A stretch of DNA of 40,535 bases from an uncultured Bacilli bacterium (lineage in GTDB: Bacteria > Bacillota_I > Bacilli_A > RF39 > UBA660), in the NCBI GenBank assembly GCA_944372545.1, contig CALVZO010000031.1:1-40535 (forward strand). Direction: 5' to 3'. Every line of letters starts with the position of its first letter. The first letter of the stretch is position 1. The position numbers and the translations under genes are program-made. Of the stretch, positions 1 through 10,338 are shown in pieces. The notes under the pieces were generated by a model that did no database searches, was not told the DNA's origin, and was given only the letters and a program-made list of their open reading frames with translations.

Positions 1-2
1 CA

Positions 3-857
3 ATGAATAAAGATAAATTAGAAACAATTTCAAATTTATTTGATGGTAATGAAATTAGAAGTATTTGGAATAGTGAAAAAGAAGAATATTATTTTAGTGT
101 TATTGATGTTATTAGTGTACTAACAGAAAGCAGTGATCCATCACATTACTGGAGAATGCTAAAATCAAGGATGATTAAAGAAGGAAATGAAACTGTCACA
201 AATTGTGACACTTTCAAATTAAGAGCAAAAGATGGCAAAATGAGAAATACAGATATGCTAGATACAAAAAATATCTTAAGGTTAATCGAATCTGTTCCTT
301 CACCAAAAGCGGAACCATTTAAAATGTGGCTGGCGAATTTAAGAAAAGAAAGAATTGATGAAGTATTTGATCCAGAAATCGCTATTAAGAGGGCAATAGA
401 TTATTACCGAAAAGGTGGATATTCTGATAAATGGATTGAAACAAGATTAAAAGGAATACTAGATAGAAATAAACTAACTGATATATGGAAAGAAGGAGGT
501 ATTACTGAAAATTATGAGTATGGAATACTTACTAATGAAATATATAAAGAATGGTCTGGTATGAAAGCAAGTGAATATAAAATATTTAAAGGGCTGCGTA
601 AAGAATCTTTAAGAGATAATATGTCTGATATAGAGGTTGTTTTAACAGATCTTGGGAAAGTGGCAGCAAGAAAATTTGCTAAAGAGCATAAGCCGTATGG
701 ATTAGAACAAAATAAAAAAATTGCTAAGATGGGTGGACATGTTGCCAAAGTTGCAAAAGATGATATTGAAAAAAATTTAGGTAAATCAGTAATAACAAAA
801 AATAATAAATTGAATTATAAATATATTGATTCGCAAGAAAAAATAGAAAATAAATAA
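3..857 (+). CDS. Bro-N / phage antirepressor-like DNA-binding protein
   Basis: Motifs 'IRSIWNSEKEEYYFSVIDVI', 'LKAxDGKMRxTD'-like, 'RLIESVPSPKAEPFKMWLA' and 'LRDNMSDIE' are typical of stand-alone Bro-N family proteins. Confidence 0.8.
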   Translation: MNKDKLETISNLFDGNEIRSIWNSEKEEYYFSVIDVISVLTESSDPSHYWRMLKSRMIKEGNETVTNCDTFKLRAKDGKMRNTDMLDTKNILRLIESVPSPKAEPFKMWLANLRKERIDEVFDPEIAIKRAIDYYRKGGYSDKWIETRLKGILDRNKLTDIWKEGGITENYEYGILTNEIYKEWSGMKASEYKIFKGLRKESLRDNMSDIEVVLTDLGKVAARKFAKEHKPYGLEQNKKIAKMGGHVAKVAKDDIEKNLGKSVITKNNKLNYKYIDSQEKIENK

Positions 858-912
858 ATCATAAAAAGTAAAATAGATGTAATACTAGTTGTCAAAAAAT
901 GTCTATGTTCTG

Positions 913-941
913 TTGAACTTCTTAAATTGCTATGATAATAT
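913..941 (+). promoter_or_regulatory. sigmaA-type promoter of parEC
   Basis: TTGAAC-17 nt-TAATAT with a TG extension; GGTGA SD before ATG 959. Confidence 0.6.
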
Positions 942-958
942 TATTATGGTGAATAATT

Positions 959-2866
959 ATGGCAAAATATGATGAATCAGCAATTAAAATACTAGAAGGA
1001 TTAGAAGCAGTTCGAAAAAGACCTGGTATGTATATTGGTAGTACAGATAAAAGAGGACTACATCATTTAGTATGGGAAATTGTTGATAATTCAATAGATG
1101 AAATAATAAATGGTTATGGAAATCATATAAAAATTGTGTTACATAAAGATAACAGCATTACAATTGCAGACAATGGTAGAGGAGTTCCAATTGGTATGCA
1201 TGAAAGTGGAAAATCGACTCCTGAAGTTATTTACACAATTTTACATGCTGGCGGTAAATTTGAAAGTGGAAATTATAAAGTTAGTGGTGGACTTCATGGT
1301 GTAGGTGGTTCAGTAGTTAATGCTTTAAGTAGTAAAATGGACGTTATTATTTATAGAGATGGTGTTATTTCTAATATTCGTTTTAGTGATGGAGGAAAGG
1401 TAGAAAGCCCTCTAAAAACAATTGGTAAAACAAATAAAACTGGAACTATTGTAACATTTTGGCCTGATGCAAATATATTTAAAGGTTTAACTTTTTCTTT
1501 TACAACTATTTGTGAAAGAATGCAAGAAAGCGCATTTTTAATTCCAAATTTAACAATAGAAATAACCGATGAAGATAGTGATAGATATGTCAAATATCAT
1601 TATGAAGAAGGACTTACTGATTTTGTTAAATACATAAATGAAGATAAAAATACCCTTAATAAAGTATTGAATTTTACAGGAAGCAAAAATGATATTGAAG
1701 TAAATGTTGCTTTACAATATACAGATACTTATAATGAAAATATTATTTCATTTGTTAATAATGTTAAAACTAATGATGGTGGTACTCATGAAGTTGGATT
1801 TAAAACGGGGATTACTAAAGCCTTTAATGATTATGTAAAAGCCAATAATTTATTAAAAGGAAAAGATAATACATTTGATGGTAGTGATGTAAGAGAAGGA
1901 ATAAGTGCTGTAATTAATTTAAGAATTCCAGAAAAATTTTTACAATTTGAAGGGCAAACTAAAGGAAAATTAGGAACGCAGGAAGCAAGAAGTATTACAG
2001 AAAGTATAACTTATGAAAATATGCGCTTCTTTTTAGAAGAAAATAAAGAAGTAGCGCTTAATATTGTGGAAAAAGCCATGAAAAGTAAAGTGGCAAGAGA
2101 AGCCGCAAGAAAAGCAAGAGAAGATGCAAGAAATGGTAAAGGTAAAAATAAAATTGAAAAAAATTTATCAGGAAAATTAGCCCCAGCCACTAGTAAAAAT
2201 CCTAAGATAAATGAATTATTTTTAGTCGAAGGAGATAGTGCTGGCGGGTCAGCCAAAAGTGGACGAAACAGAAAATTTCAAGCGATACTTCCTTTAAGAG
2301 GAAAAGTAATTAATGCGGAAAAGACAAGCATATCAGAAATATTAAAAAATGAAGAAATAAATACGATTATTCATACTATTGGTGCTGGCATTGGTGAATA
2401 TTTTGATATAAATGATGCTAATTATGATAAAGTAATAATTATGACTGATGCCGATGTTGATGGCTCACATATTCAAATATTATTACTAACATTTTTCTAT
2501 CGTTTTATGCGCCCTTTAATCGAAGCCGGAAGACTTTATATTGCTAAACCTCCACTTTATAAAATTGATTATGGTAAGAAATGCTTTTATGCTTATTCTG
2601 ATGAAGAAAGATTTAAAATTGTTTCTGAAAATTCTGGTAAACCTGATATTTCCAGAAACAAAGGTTTAGGGGAAATGAATGCTGAAGAGTTATGGGATAC
2701 AACAATGAATCCTGATACTAGAAGTCTAATAAGAGTAAATATTTATGATGTAACTTTAGCAGAAAAAAGAGTTAATGTTTTAATGGGAGATAAAGTTGAA
2801 CCTCGTAAAGAGTGGATTGAAGAAAATATAGTCTTTACCATGGAAGATAGTTATCGTAAGGAATAA
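959..2866 (+). CDS. parE: DNA topoisomerase IV subunit B
   Basis: LEAVRKRPGMYIG, GHKL ATPase motifs, VEGDSAGG, PLRGK, IMTDADVDG; C-terminal 'LMGDKVEPRKEWIE' is ParE-type; lies next to parC. Confidence 0.93.
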   Translation: MAKYDESAIKILEGLEAVRKRPGMYIGSTDKRGLHHLVWEIVDNSIDEIINGYGNHIKIVLHKDNSITIADNGRGVPIGMHESGKSTPEVIYTILHAGGKFESGNYKVSGGLHGVGGSVVNALSSKMDVIIYRDGVISNIRFSDGGKVESPLKTIGKTNKTGTIVTFWPDANIFKGLTFSFTTICERMQESAFLIPNLTIEITDEDSDRYVKYHYEEGLTDFVKYINEDKNTLNKVLNFTGSKNDIEVNVALQYTDTYNENIISFVNNVKTNDGGTHEVGFKTGITKAFNDYVKANNLLKGKDNTFDGSDVREGISAVINLRIPEKFLQFEGQTKGKLGTQEARSITESITYENMRFFLEENKEVALNIVEKAMKSKVAREAARKAREDARNGKGKNKIEKNLSGKLAPATSKNPKINELFLVEGDSAGGSAKSGRNRKFQAILPLRGKVINAEKTSISEILKNEEINTIIHTIGAGIGEYFDINDANYDKVIIMTDADVDGSHIQILLLTFFYRFMRPLIEAGRLYIAKPPLYKIDYGKKCFYAYSDEERFKIVSENSGKPDISRNKGLGEMNAEELWDTTMNPDTRSLIRVNIYDVTLAEKRVNVLMGDKVEPRKEWIEENIVFTMEDSYRKE

Positions 2867-2874
2867 GGTGAATT

Positions 2875-5352
2875 ATGGAAAATGTAATTAAAAGAATTGA
2901 AGACTATGCTTTAGAAGAAATAATGGGAACACGTTTTGCTTCTTATGCAAAAGAAATTATTCAAGATAGAGCAATACCTGATGTTAGAGATGGCTTAAAA
3001 CCAGTACAAAGAAGAATTCTTTATGCCATGTATAATGCTGGAAATACTTATGATAAAAAATATTTGAAAAGTGCTGCTACTGTTGGAGATGTTTTAGGTA
3101 AATACCATCCTCATGGTGATAGTTCTGTTTATGATGCAATGGTTAGAATGAGTCAGTGGTGGAAACAAAATGCTCCTTTAATTGATATGAAAGGTAACAA
3201 TGGCTCAATGGACGGAGATCCAGCCGCTGCCTATCGTTATACAGAAGCAAGACTTGCGAAAATAAGCAATGAACTTTTATGTGATTTAGATAAAGAAACA
3301 GTTGAATGGGCACCAAATTTTGATGACCGTTTACTTGAACCAACCGTTTTACCGGCTAAATTTCCTAATCTTTTAGTTAATGGAACAATGGGAATAAGTG
3401 CCGGTTATGCTACAAATATACCTCCCCATAATTTAGGAGAGATAATTGATGCTACAATAAAGAGAATTGAATCTCCCAATTGTTATTTAGATACAATTTT
3501 AGATATCGTAAAAGGTCCAGATTTTCCAATTGGTGGAATTGTCTGTGGGATTGATGGTATAAGAGATGCCTTTAAAACTGGGAAAGGAAAAGTTTTAATT
3601 CGTTCTAAATACGAAATCATTAAAGAAAAAGGAAAAGAAAAAATAATTATTACGGAAATTCCTTTTGATGTTAATAAAGCCTTATTAGTAAACAAAATAG
3701 ATGCAATTAAAATTGATAAAAAAATTGAAGGTATTTTAGAAGTAAGAGATGAATCAGATAGAGAAGGTTTAAGAATAGCAATTGATTTAAAAAGTGGTGC
3801 TAATAGCGAACTTATTTTAAATTATTTACTAAAAAACACTGATTTACAAATATCATATAATTATAATATGGTAGCAATAGTAAATAGAGTACCAAAAACT
3901 TTAGGGATTCTCCCAATTATTGATGCTTATATAGCACATCAAAAAGAAGTTATTTTAAAAAGAACAACATTTGATTTAAAAACAAAAGAAAAAAGACTTC
4001 ATATAGTAGAAGGATTAATTAAATGTATTTCTATAATAGATGATGTAATTAAAGTAATAAGGGCTAGCAAAAATAAAAGTGATGCTGAAAGTAATTTAGT
4101 TATGAAGTTTGCTTTTACACTAGAGCAAGCAAGAGCAATTGTTGTCTTACAACTTTATAGATTAACTAATACTGACATTGTGGCTTTACAAGAAGAGATA
4201 GAATCTTTAAAGAAATTAATTGAAGGACTTCGGGCTATTTTAAGTGATGAAGAAATATTAAAATATGTAATGAAAAAAGAATTAAAATTAATTAAAAAAG
4301 AATATGCTATTCCAAGAAAAACTAAAATTGAAAATGAAATAACTGAAATAAAGATAGATTTGACTAGTATGATACCAAAAGAAAAAGTAGTGGTTATTGT
4401 AACTAATGAAGGTTATGTAAAAAGAGTATCATTAAAATCTCTAAATACATCTCTAGGTGATACATTACTTAAACCAGGCGATTATGTAACTAATTTTTAT
4501 GAAACAACTACTTTAGATAATTTAGTATTATTTACTAATTTAGGTAATTATTTATTTATTCCAGTTTATAAAATATTTGAAACAAAATGGAAAGAAATGG
4601 GAAAACATGTTAGTAATTTAGTCCCTCTTAAAGAGAGCGAAAAGATAATTGCTTCATTTATTTTAGAAGATAAAAAAGTTTTAACTATGTTTACTAAATT
4701 AGGTATGGTAAAACAAGTTTTAATGAAAGACTTAGTTGTAAATAGATATAGTAAAACATTAACAGCGATGATATTAAAAGAAAATGATGAATTAATAAGT
4801 GTTAGTGATAGTAGTGATATGGCGCTAATTGTTACTAATAATGGTTATTATTTAACATATGAAGAAAAAGAAATTCCCGTAGTAGGTCCAAAAGCATCGG
4901 GAGTAAAAGGAATTAATTTAGTGAATGATTTTGTAATCTTTGGCGGTTGTTTTGATAAGAGTGATGAATATCTAAATATTTATACTAATAATAAAACAGC
5001 AAAGAGAGTAAAACTTGAAGAATTAAAACCAATTAGTAGGGCTAAAAAAGGAAATTTAATACTTAAAAAGACAAAAACAGTTACTTATTTAGTAGAGTAT
5101 GCTAATATTACTAATTCAAAAGATATTATTTTAATAAAGAGTGATAGCGAAATAAAAGAAGTTAAGAATAGTGAAATTCCAATTATGGATGTAACAAGTA
5201 CTGGCTCTAATATTACTAAAAATCAAATAGATGATATTGATTTAAAGAAAGAATTAATTCGCATTACCAATGTATTAGAAGAAAATAAAAAAGAAGAAGT
5301 TAAAGATAAACAAATGTCATTTAAAGAATTTAGTAATGAATTTAAAATATAA
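2875..5352 (+). CDS. parC: DNA topoisomerase IV subunit A
   Basis: [34 protein letters not shown] catalytic Tyr, Firmicute ParC-type N-terminus, beta-pinwheel C-terminal domain. Confidence 0.93.
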   Translation: MENVIKRIEDYALEEIMGTRFASYAKEIIQDRAIPDVRDGLKPVQRRILYAMYNAGNTYDKKYLKSAATVGDVLGKYHPHGDSSVYDAMVRMSQWWKQNAPLIDMKGNNGSMDGDPAAAYRYTEARLAKISNELLCDLDKETVEWAPNFDDRLLEPTVLPAKFPNLLVNGTMGISAGYATNIPPHNLGEIIDATIKRIESPNCYLDTILDIVKGPDFPIGGIVCGIDGIRDAFKTGKGKVLIRSKYEIIKEKGKEKIIITEIPFDVNKALLVNKIDAIKIDKKIEGILEVRDESDREGLRIAIDLKSGANSELILNYLLKNTDLQISYNYNMVAIVNRVPKTLGILPIIDAYIAHQKEVILKRTTFDLKTKEKRLHIVEGLIKCISIIDDVIKVIRASKNKSDAESNLVMKFAFTLEQARAIVVLQLYRLTNTDIVALQEEIESLKKLIEGLRAILSDEEILKYVMKKELKLIKKEYAIPRKTKIENEITEIKIDLTSMIPKEKVVVIVTNEGYVKRVSLKSLNTSLGDTLLKPGDYVTNFYETTTLDNLVLFTNLGNYLFIPVYKIFETKWKEMGKHVSNLVPLKESEKIIASFILEDKKVLTMFTKLGMVKQVLMKDLVVNRYSKTLTAMILKENDELISVSDSSDMALIVTNNGYYLTYEEKEIPVVGPKASGVKGINLVNDFVIFGGCFDKSDEYLNIYTNNKTAKRVKLEELKPISRAKKGNLILKKTKTVTYLVEYANITNSKDIILIKSDSEIKEVKNSEIPIMDVTSTGSNITKNQIDDIDLKKELIRITNVLEENKKEEVKDKQMSFKEFSNEFKI

Positions 5353-5378
5353 TAAAATTACCTAGTTATACATAATAT
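5352..5378 (+). promoter_or_regulatory. sigmaE-like promoter of ylbD-ylbE
   Basis: ATA(5352-54)-16 nt-CATAATAT(5371-78) fits ATA-N16-18-CATAnnnT; it sits inside an inverted repeat spanning 5354-5393. Confidence 0.5.
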
Positions 5379-5395
5379 ATACTAGGTGATTTTTT

Positions 5396-5746
5396 ATGAG
5401 TAAAAAGGATGAATTTAAAGAATTTATAAGAAGTAAACCAGAATTAGTTGAGTATATAAAAAATAAAGATATGACTATGCAAGGCTTTTTTGAAATATTT
5501 GATGTTTATGGTCCTGATGAAAATGCTTGGAAGCCATATATAAGAAGTGAAATAACTAAAAATAAAGAAACGAATTTTAGTGATATAGTAAAAAACATTA
5601 ATATTGATAATTTACAAAAACATATTAATACTGCCCAAAAAGCCTTGGGGGTAGTAGAGGATTTAACTACTAAAAGTAGTAATGTAACAAATATAGCAAA
5701 AGGACCTCTTACAAGTAGACCATTAAATAAATTTTTTGAGGATTAA
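5396..5746 (+). CDS. ylbD: YlbD-family spore coat protein
   Basis: 'FKEFIRSKPEL...MQGFFEIFDVYGPDENAWKPY' and 'NIDNLQKHI' resemble YlbD; directly followed by a YlbE-like gene. Confidence 0.72.
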   Translation: MSKKDEFKEFIRSKPELVEYIKNKDMTMQGFFEIFDVYGPDENAWKPYIRSEITKNKETNFSDIVKNINIDNLQKHINTAQKALGVVEDLTTKSSNVTNIAKGPLTSRPLNKFFED

Positions 5747-5968
5747 ATGGAATTTTATTTACAAAATAAGTTAAGAGAAGATAAAAAGTTTAAAAGATAT
5801 TTAGAAGAAAATTCTGCCTTTATAAAATATTTAAATCGTAATCCTGAATACTATAAAGAATTTATGAAAATAATGAAGGAAAAATATAAAGAAAGAGCAA
5901 CAGATAAATTAAGTGATGCCATAAATACAGTAGAAATAGTTAGTTCAATAATTGATACTTTAAAATAA
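5747..5968 (+). CDS. ylbE: YlbE-like protein
   Basis: 73 aa with 'KYLNRNPE' motif; abuts ylbD (TAA-ATG), the Bacillus gene order. Confidence 0.65.
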   Translation: MEFYLQNKLREDKKFKRYLEENSAFIKYLNRNPEYYKEFMKIMKEKYKERATDKLSDAINTVEIVSSIIDTLK

Positions 5969-6014
5969 AAGATTAATTTTAGAAAATAATTTACTCTAAA
6001 ATTAATCTTTTATT
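5964..6014. terminator. Bidirectional terminator / 20-bp inverted repeat
   Basis: AATAAAAGATTAATTTTAGA (5964-83) and TCTAAAATTAATCTTTTATT (5995-6014) between convergent genes. Confidence 0.7.
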
Positions 6015-6538
6015 AAATAATCATTAATTCCATATTTTTCTTCTTCGGTGTCAAAAAATATTTCTAAATGGGGTGTTTTATAAGTTAAGATAATCATTAT
6101 TATATAGATAGTTACTATTCCTACGATACTTAGTAATTTCTCATAAGGAAATTTTTTTGGCATTATAAATTTATAACTTAGATAATTTACAATAACAAAT
6201 GTTAATAATAAAAGAGTAAAAGTAATAAACATAACTTCTCCAAATAAATATCTTAAAGGATAATACATTGCTAAATAAATAGGAATTGCTATGATACTTT
6301 TTATAAAAAGTGGTAAGATAAAACTTTCATAAGAATAGTTAAATTTTTTTAAAATAAAGTATTCAATAATTCCATAAAGTAAAATAGTAGTATAAATCAT
6401 TTTCATATGTTCCCAAATACTTTCATTAACTGGAAATAGAAAAGAAAATAAAGTATTAGGAAATAAGTCATAAAGAAAATGAGTTAAAAAACATAAAGCA
6501 AAAGTAATTAAAGCATTAATAAAAATAATTTTTTTCAT
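6002..6538 (-). CDS. DUF6512-type multi-pass membrane protein
   Basis: About 5 hydrophobic helices; motif 'HFLY...PVNESIWEHMK'; AAGGAG SD. Confidence 0.7.
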   Translation of the reverse strand: MKKIIFINALITFALCFLTHFLYDLFPNTLFSFLFPVNESIWEHMKMIYTTILLYGIIEYFILKKFNYSYESFILPLFIKSIIAIPIYLAMYYPLRYLFGEVMFITFTLLLLTFVIVNYLSYKFIMPKKFPYEKLLSIVGIVTIYIIMIILTYKTPHLEIFFDTEEEKYGINDYLIKD

Positions 6539-6614
6539 ATAATCTCCTTAATATTATTTTATAAACAATTTATAAATTTATTCTAATTTATAAGGAGAAA
6601 ATAATTTTTAATAT

Positions 6615-6716
6615 AAAAAAGCAAATAAAAACTATTGCTTACTGGCACAATGGTAAAAAGCCTATATAAGGAAAAGGCTATAAGTAAAGCACTAAATATT
6701 TACATTATTGTCTTGT
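6615..6716 (-). ncRNA. Candidate attenuator/riboswitch leader or sRNA
   Basis: Promoter TTGGAT-17-TATATT (6748-6720); competing stems; hairpin + U6 tail at 6640-6615. Confidence 0.45.
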
Positions 6717-6774
6717 TAAAATATACCATATTAAAAAAATAAATCCAATAATTAATAACTTTATTTCTAAAATA

Positions 6775-6803
6775 ATGACTTTTAATAAGAAAATTGGTAA
6801 AAT
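6775..6803 (+). promoter_or_regulatory. sigmaA-type promoter of the rlmN operon (leaderless)
   Basis: ATGACT-17-TAAAAT with a TG extension; ATG lies 6 nt downstream and there is no SD. Confidence 0.6.
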
Positions 6804-6809
6804 AATAGT

Positions 6810-7820
6810 ATGAAAAATTTAATGGATTTAAATATTTTAGAATTAGAAGATTATTTATTAAGTATTGGAGAGAAAAAATATAAGGCTATCCAAATTTTTG
6901 AATGGTTATATATTCATAAAGTTTATAATATAGATGAATTTACTAATATAAAGAAAGAATTAAGAGATAAATTAAAGAGTGATTTTAATACAGAATTTAT
7001 TAGTATAAAAAGAAAAGAAGAAGGAAGTTATGTTAGCAAATATTTATTTAGTTTGAAAGATTCTAATTTTATTGAGGCTGTTTTAATGGAACATGATTAT
7101 GGCTTAAGTGTTTGTATTTCTAGTCAAGTTGGCTGTAATATGGGGTGCAAATTTTGTGAAAGTGGCCGATTAAAAAAGATTCGTAATTTATCTACTCATG
7201 AAATGGTTGAACAAATTCTTTTAATTGAAGAAGATATTAAGAAAAAAATTAATAGTGTAGTAATAATGGGAATAGGAGAACCTTTTGATAACTATGATAA
7301 TGTAATTAATTTTATTAAAATAATAAATAATCCTAAAGGACTTGCCATTGGTGCAAGACATATCACAGTTTCTACTTGTGGTTTAGTACCTAAAATAGAT
7401 GAATTTAGTAATTTAGATTTACAAGTTAATTTAGCCTTTTCTTTGCATGCTCCGAATGATGCGATAAGAAATAGTATAATGCCTGTCAACAAAGTGTATA
7501 ATATCAGTCAAGTAATGGGGGCAATAAAGAGATATATTAGTAAAACTAATAGACGGGTTACTATTGAATATGTTATGCTTAATATGGTAAATGATAGCGT
7601 AGATAATGCCAAAGAATTAGCAAATCTTTTAAAAGGCTTAAATGTCTATGTTAATTTGATACCTTATAATGAAACAAGTAATTTAGAATTTCATAAAAGT
7701 AAGAGAATAAAAGAATTTAAAGACACATTAATGAAGATGGGCATTAATACTACAGTTAGAAAAGAATTTGGTGATAGTATTAGTGCGGCATGCGGACAAC
7801 TTAGAAGCAAAGAGGTGTAA
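6810..7820 (+). CDS. rlmN: 23S rRNA m2A2503 radical SAM methyltransferase
   Basis: CISSQVGCNMGCKFC, MGIGEP, SLHA, NLIPYN, AACGQL. Confidence 0.95.
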   Translation: MKNLMDLNILELEDYLLSIGEKKYKAIQIFEWLYIHKVYNIDEFTNIKKELRDKLKSDFNTEFISIKRKEEGSYVSKYLFSLKDSNFIEAVLMEHDYGLSVCISSQVGCNMGCKFCESGRLKKIRNLSTHEMVEQILLIEEDIKKKINSVVIMGIGEPFDNYDNVINFIKIINNPKGLAIGARHITVSTCGLVPKIDEFSNLDLQVNLAFSLHAPNDAIRNSIMPVNKVYNISQVMGAIKRYISKTNRRVTIEYVMLNMVNDSVDNAKELANLLKGLNVYVNLIPYNETSNLEFHKSKRIKEFKDTLMKMGINTTVRKEFGDSISAACGQLRSKEV

Positions 7821-7822
7821 AG

Positions 7823-8560
7823 ATGAAATCATGTTATATGACAGATTCCGGAAAAGTAAGAAGTCATAATGAAGATAGTGTTACCATCTTGAAAAACGCA
7901 AGTAACGAATATTTATTAATTGTAGCAGATGGTATGGGTGGACACAGAAAAGGCGAAGTTGCATCTAGTCTAGCAGTATCTCGTTTAGGTAAAAGATTTA
8001 ATGATACTCCAAGTGTTGGTAGTAAACTTGATGCAGTTAATTGGTTAAATGATAATATTAATGAAATAAATGCTGAAATATTAGAATATGGTGAAAATAA
8101 TATTGATTCTAAAGGATTAGGGACAACAGTAGTAGTAGCGCTTTTAACTAATGATTATTTAATATTTGGTAATATTGGTGATTCTTCCGGTTATGTCATA
8201 AAAAATAAAAAATTACATAAAGTAACAAAGGCACATACTTTAGTTAACTTATTAGTTGAAGCCGGTAATTTAACAGAGGAAGAAGCAAAGACACATCCTA
8301 AGAAAAATATTTTAATGAAAGCCTTAGGAGTATCAGAGAAGGCTGAACTTGATATATTTGATGTTGATATGGAAAGTGAAGCAATTCTTTTATGTAGTGA
8401 TGGACTTACAAATATGTTAAGTGATGATCAAATAGAAAAAGTATTAATAAATGATGAATTAGATGAACAAGAAAAAGTAGAAAAATTAATTCGAAAATGT
8501 AATGCTCGAGGCGGAAATGATAATATCTCAATAGCGTACTTGAATAGGGTTGGTGAATAA
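7823..8560 (+). CDS. prpC: PP2C Ser/Thr phosphatase (Stp1/PrpC)
   Basis: GKVRSHNED, VADGMGGH, GTT, NIGDS, LCSDGL, GGNDNIS. Confidence 0.93.
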   Translation: MKSCYMTDSGKVRSHNEDSVTILKNASNEYLLIVADGMGGHRKGEVASSLAVSRLGKRFNDTPSVGSKLDAVNWLNDNINEINAEILEYGENNIDSKGLGTTVVVALLTNDYLIFGNIGDSSGYVIKNKKLHKVTKAHTLVNLLVEAGNLTEEEAKTHPKKNILMKALGVSEKAELDIFDVDMESEAILLCSDGLTNMLSDDQIEKVLINDELDEQEKVEKLIRKCNARGGNDNISIAYLNRVGE

Positions 8561-8562
8561 AA

Positions 8563-10338
8563 ATGGTAATGAAAGGGCAAAAGATTAGTGACCGCTATCA
8601 AATAATTAAAAGTATTGGTGAAGGCGGTATGGCTAATGTTTATTTAGCGTATGATACTATATTGGACCGTAATGTGGCGGTTAAAGTTTTAAGAGGAGAT
8701 TTAGCAACAGATGAAAAATTTGTGCGTCGTTTTCAAAGAGAAGCCTTATCAGCCTCTAGTTTATCTAATCCTAATATAGTTGAAGTCTATGATGTTGGAG
8801 AAGATAATGGCGAATATTATATAGTTATGGAATATATTGAAGGTAAACATTTAAAGACTTTGTTAAAAAAGAGAGGTAAACTTACTGTATCGGAAGCAGT
8901 AGATATTGTAATGCAAATAACTGATGGTTTATCTGTTGCGCATGATTCTTATATAATTCATAGAGATATTAAGCCTCAAAATATAATGATTTTAGAAAAT
9001 GGCTTAGTTAAAATAACTGATTTTGGTATTGCTATGGCTATGAATTCTACTCAACTTACCCAAACTAATTCAGTTATGGGAAGTGTTCATTATCTTCCGC
9101 CAGAACAAGCAAGTGGTAAAGGCTCAACCCTGCAAAGTGATATTTATTCCATTGGTATTTTATTTTATGAATTACTAACTGGTAAATTACCATTTAAAGG
9201 TGAAAATGCGGTAGAAATTGCTTTAAAACATTTAAAAGAACCGCTTCCATCAATTAAAGAAGAGATTCCGAGTATTCCGCAAAGTGTAGAAAATATTATA
9301 ATTAAAGCAACGGCAAAGAATCCTAAAAATAGATATGCTGATGCTAGAGAAATGCATGAAGATTTAAAAACTTGTTTAGACCCAAGAAGAGCAAATGAAC
9401 CAAAAATTAAATTAAAATATCAAGAATTAGATGATACAAAAGCGATAAAGCCAATAAAAGTAGAAGAAAAAAAGAATGATAATAAAAAACAAGTAAATAA
9501 TAATAAAAATAAAAATAATGAAGAAGAAATTATAGCAAAGAAAATAACAGGTGATGATTTGAAAAAACAAAATAAAACATTAATAAGATTAGCATCAGTT
9601 TTTACTGGACTTATTTTAGTAATAACTTTAGTATTTGTATTTATTACTATATCAACAAAGACATCTTCCATTAAAGTACCAGATGTTTCTAATAAAACAG
9701 TAAGTGAAGCGATAAGTATTTTACAAGATGCAGGATTTAGTGTATCAGATGATCAAGAAGGAATTGCTTCAACAGAAGTAGAAATAGGAAAAGTTGTTAG
9801 GACATCTCCTCTTGCAGGAACAGAAAGAAAGAAAGGCTCTACTATTAAAATTTATATATCAACTGGAGATGCAACAATTGAAATTGAAGATTATACTGGT
9901 AAAAATTATTTAGAAGTTAAAGGGGCTTTAGAAGCAAGAGGTTTAGTAGTTAATACAGAAGATGAAGTAATTGATGATCCTGAAACTGAATTTAATGATG
10001 GCGATGTTGTAAGACAATCAGTTGAAGCCGGAGAAAAACTAAGTAAGGGTGAAAATATTACTTTATATGTTGCAAGTATAGGTATAGCATACCCAGATTT
10101 TACTGATGGAACATATACAATTAGTGATGTTGAAGAATTCTGTAATGAAAATAATTTAAAATTAGATATTGTTTATACAATAAGTGATACTAACCTTTCA
10201 GGAACTATTTATGAACAAAGTAGAGAAGCAGGAACTCCAGTAAAAAGTGGAGCAACATTTAGAATTAAAGTATATCAAAATGATACATCTAGTGAAGAAG
10301 AACCGGATGTAGATGTATGTGAAGATGGCTTATGTTAA
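8563..10338 (+). CDS. prkC: PASTA-domain Ser/Thr kinase (PrkC/PknB)
   Basis: GEGGMANV, AVKVL, HRDIKPQN, DFG; one transmembrane helix, then about 3 PASTA repeats. Confidence 0.95.
   Translation: MVMKGQKISDRYQIIKSIGEGGMANVYLAYDTILDRNVAVKVLRGDLATDEKFVRRFQREALSASSLSNPNIVEVYDVGEDNGEYYIVMEYIEGKHLKTLLKKRGKLTVSEAVDIVMQITDGLSVAHDSYIIHRDIKPQNIMILENGLVKITDFGIAMAMNSTQLTQTNSVMGSVHYLPPEQASGKGSTLQSDIYSIGILFYELLTGKLPFKGENAVEIALKHLKEPLPSIKEEIPSIPQSVENIIIKATAKNPKNRYADAREMHEDLKTCLDPRRANEPKIKLKYQELDDTKAIKPIKVEEKKNDNKKQVNNNKNKNNEEEIIAKKITGDDLKKQNKTLIRLASVFTGLILVITLVFVFITISTKTSSIKVPDVSNKTVSEAISILQDAGFSVSDDQEGIASTEVEIGKVVRTSPLAGTERKKGSTIKIYISTGDATIEIEDYTGKNYLEVKGALEARGLVVNTEDEVIDDPETEFNDGDVVRQSVEAGEKLSKGENITLYVASIGIAYPDFTDGTYTISDVEEFCNENNLKLDIVYTISDTNLSGTIYEQSREAGTPVKSGATFRIKVYQNDTSSEEEPDVDVCEDGLC

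Noticed and set aside
3-857. Prophage suggested by the antirepressor-like gene
   Set aside because: No integrase, structural or other phage genes downstream; the upstream context is outside the window.
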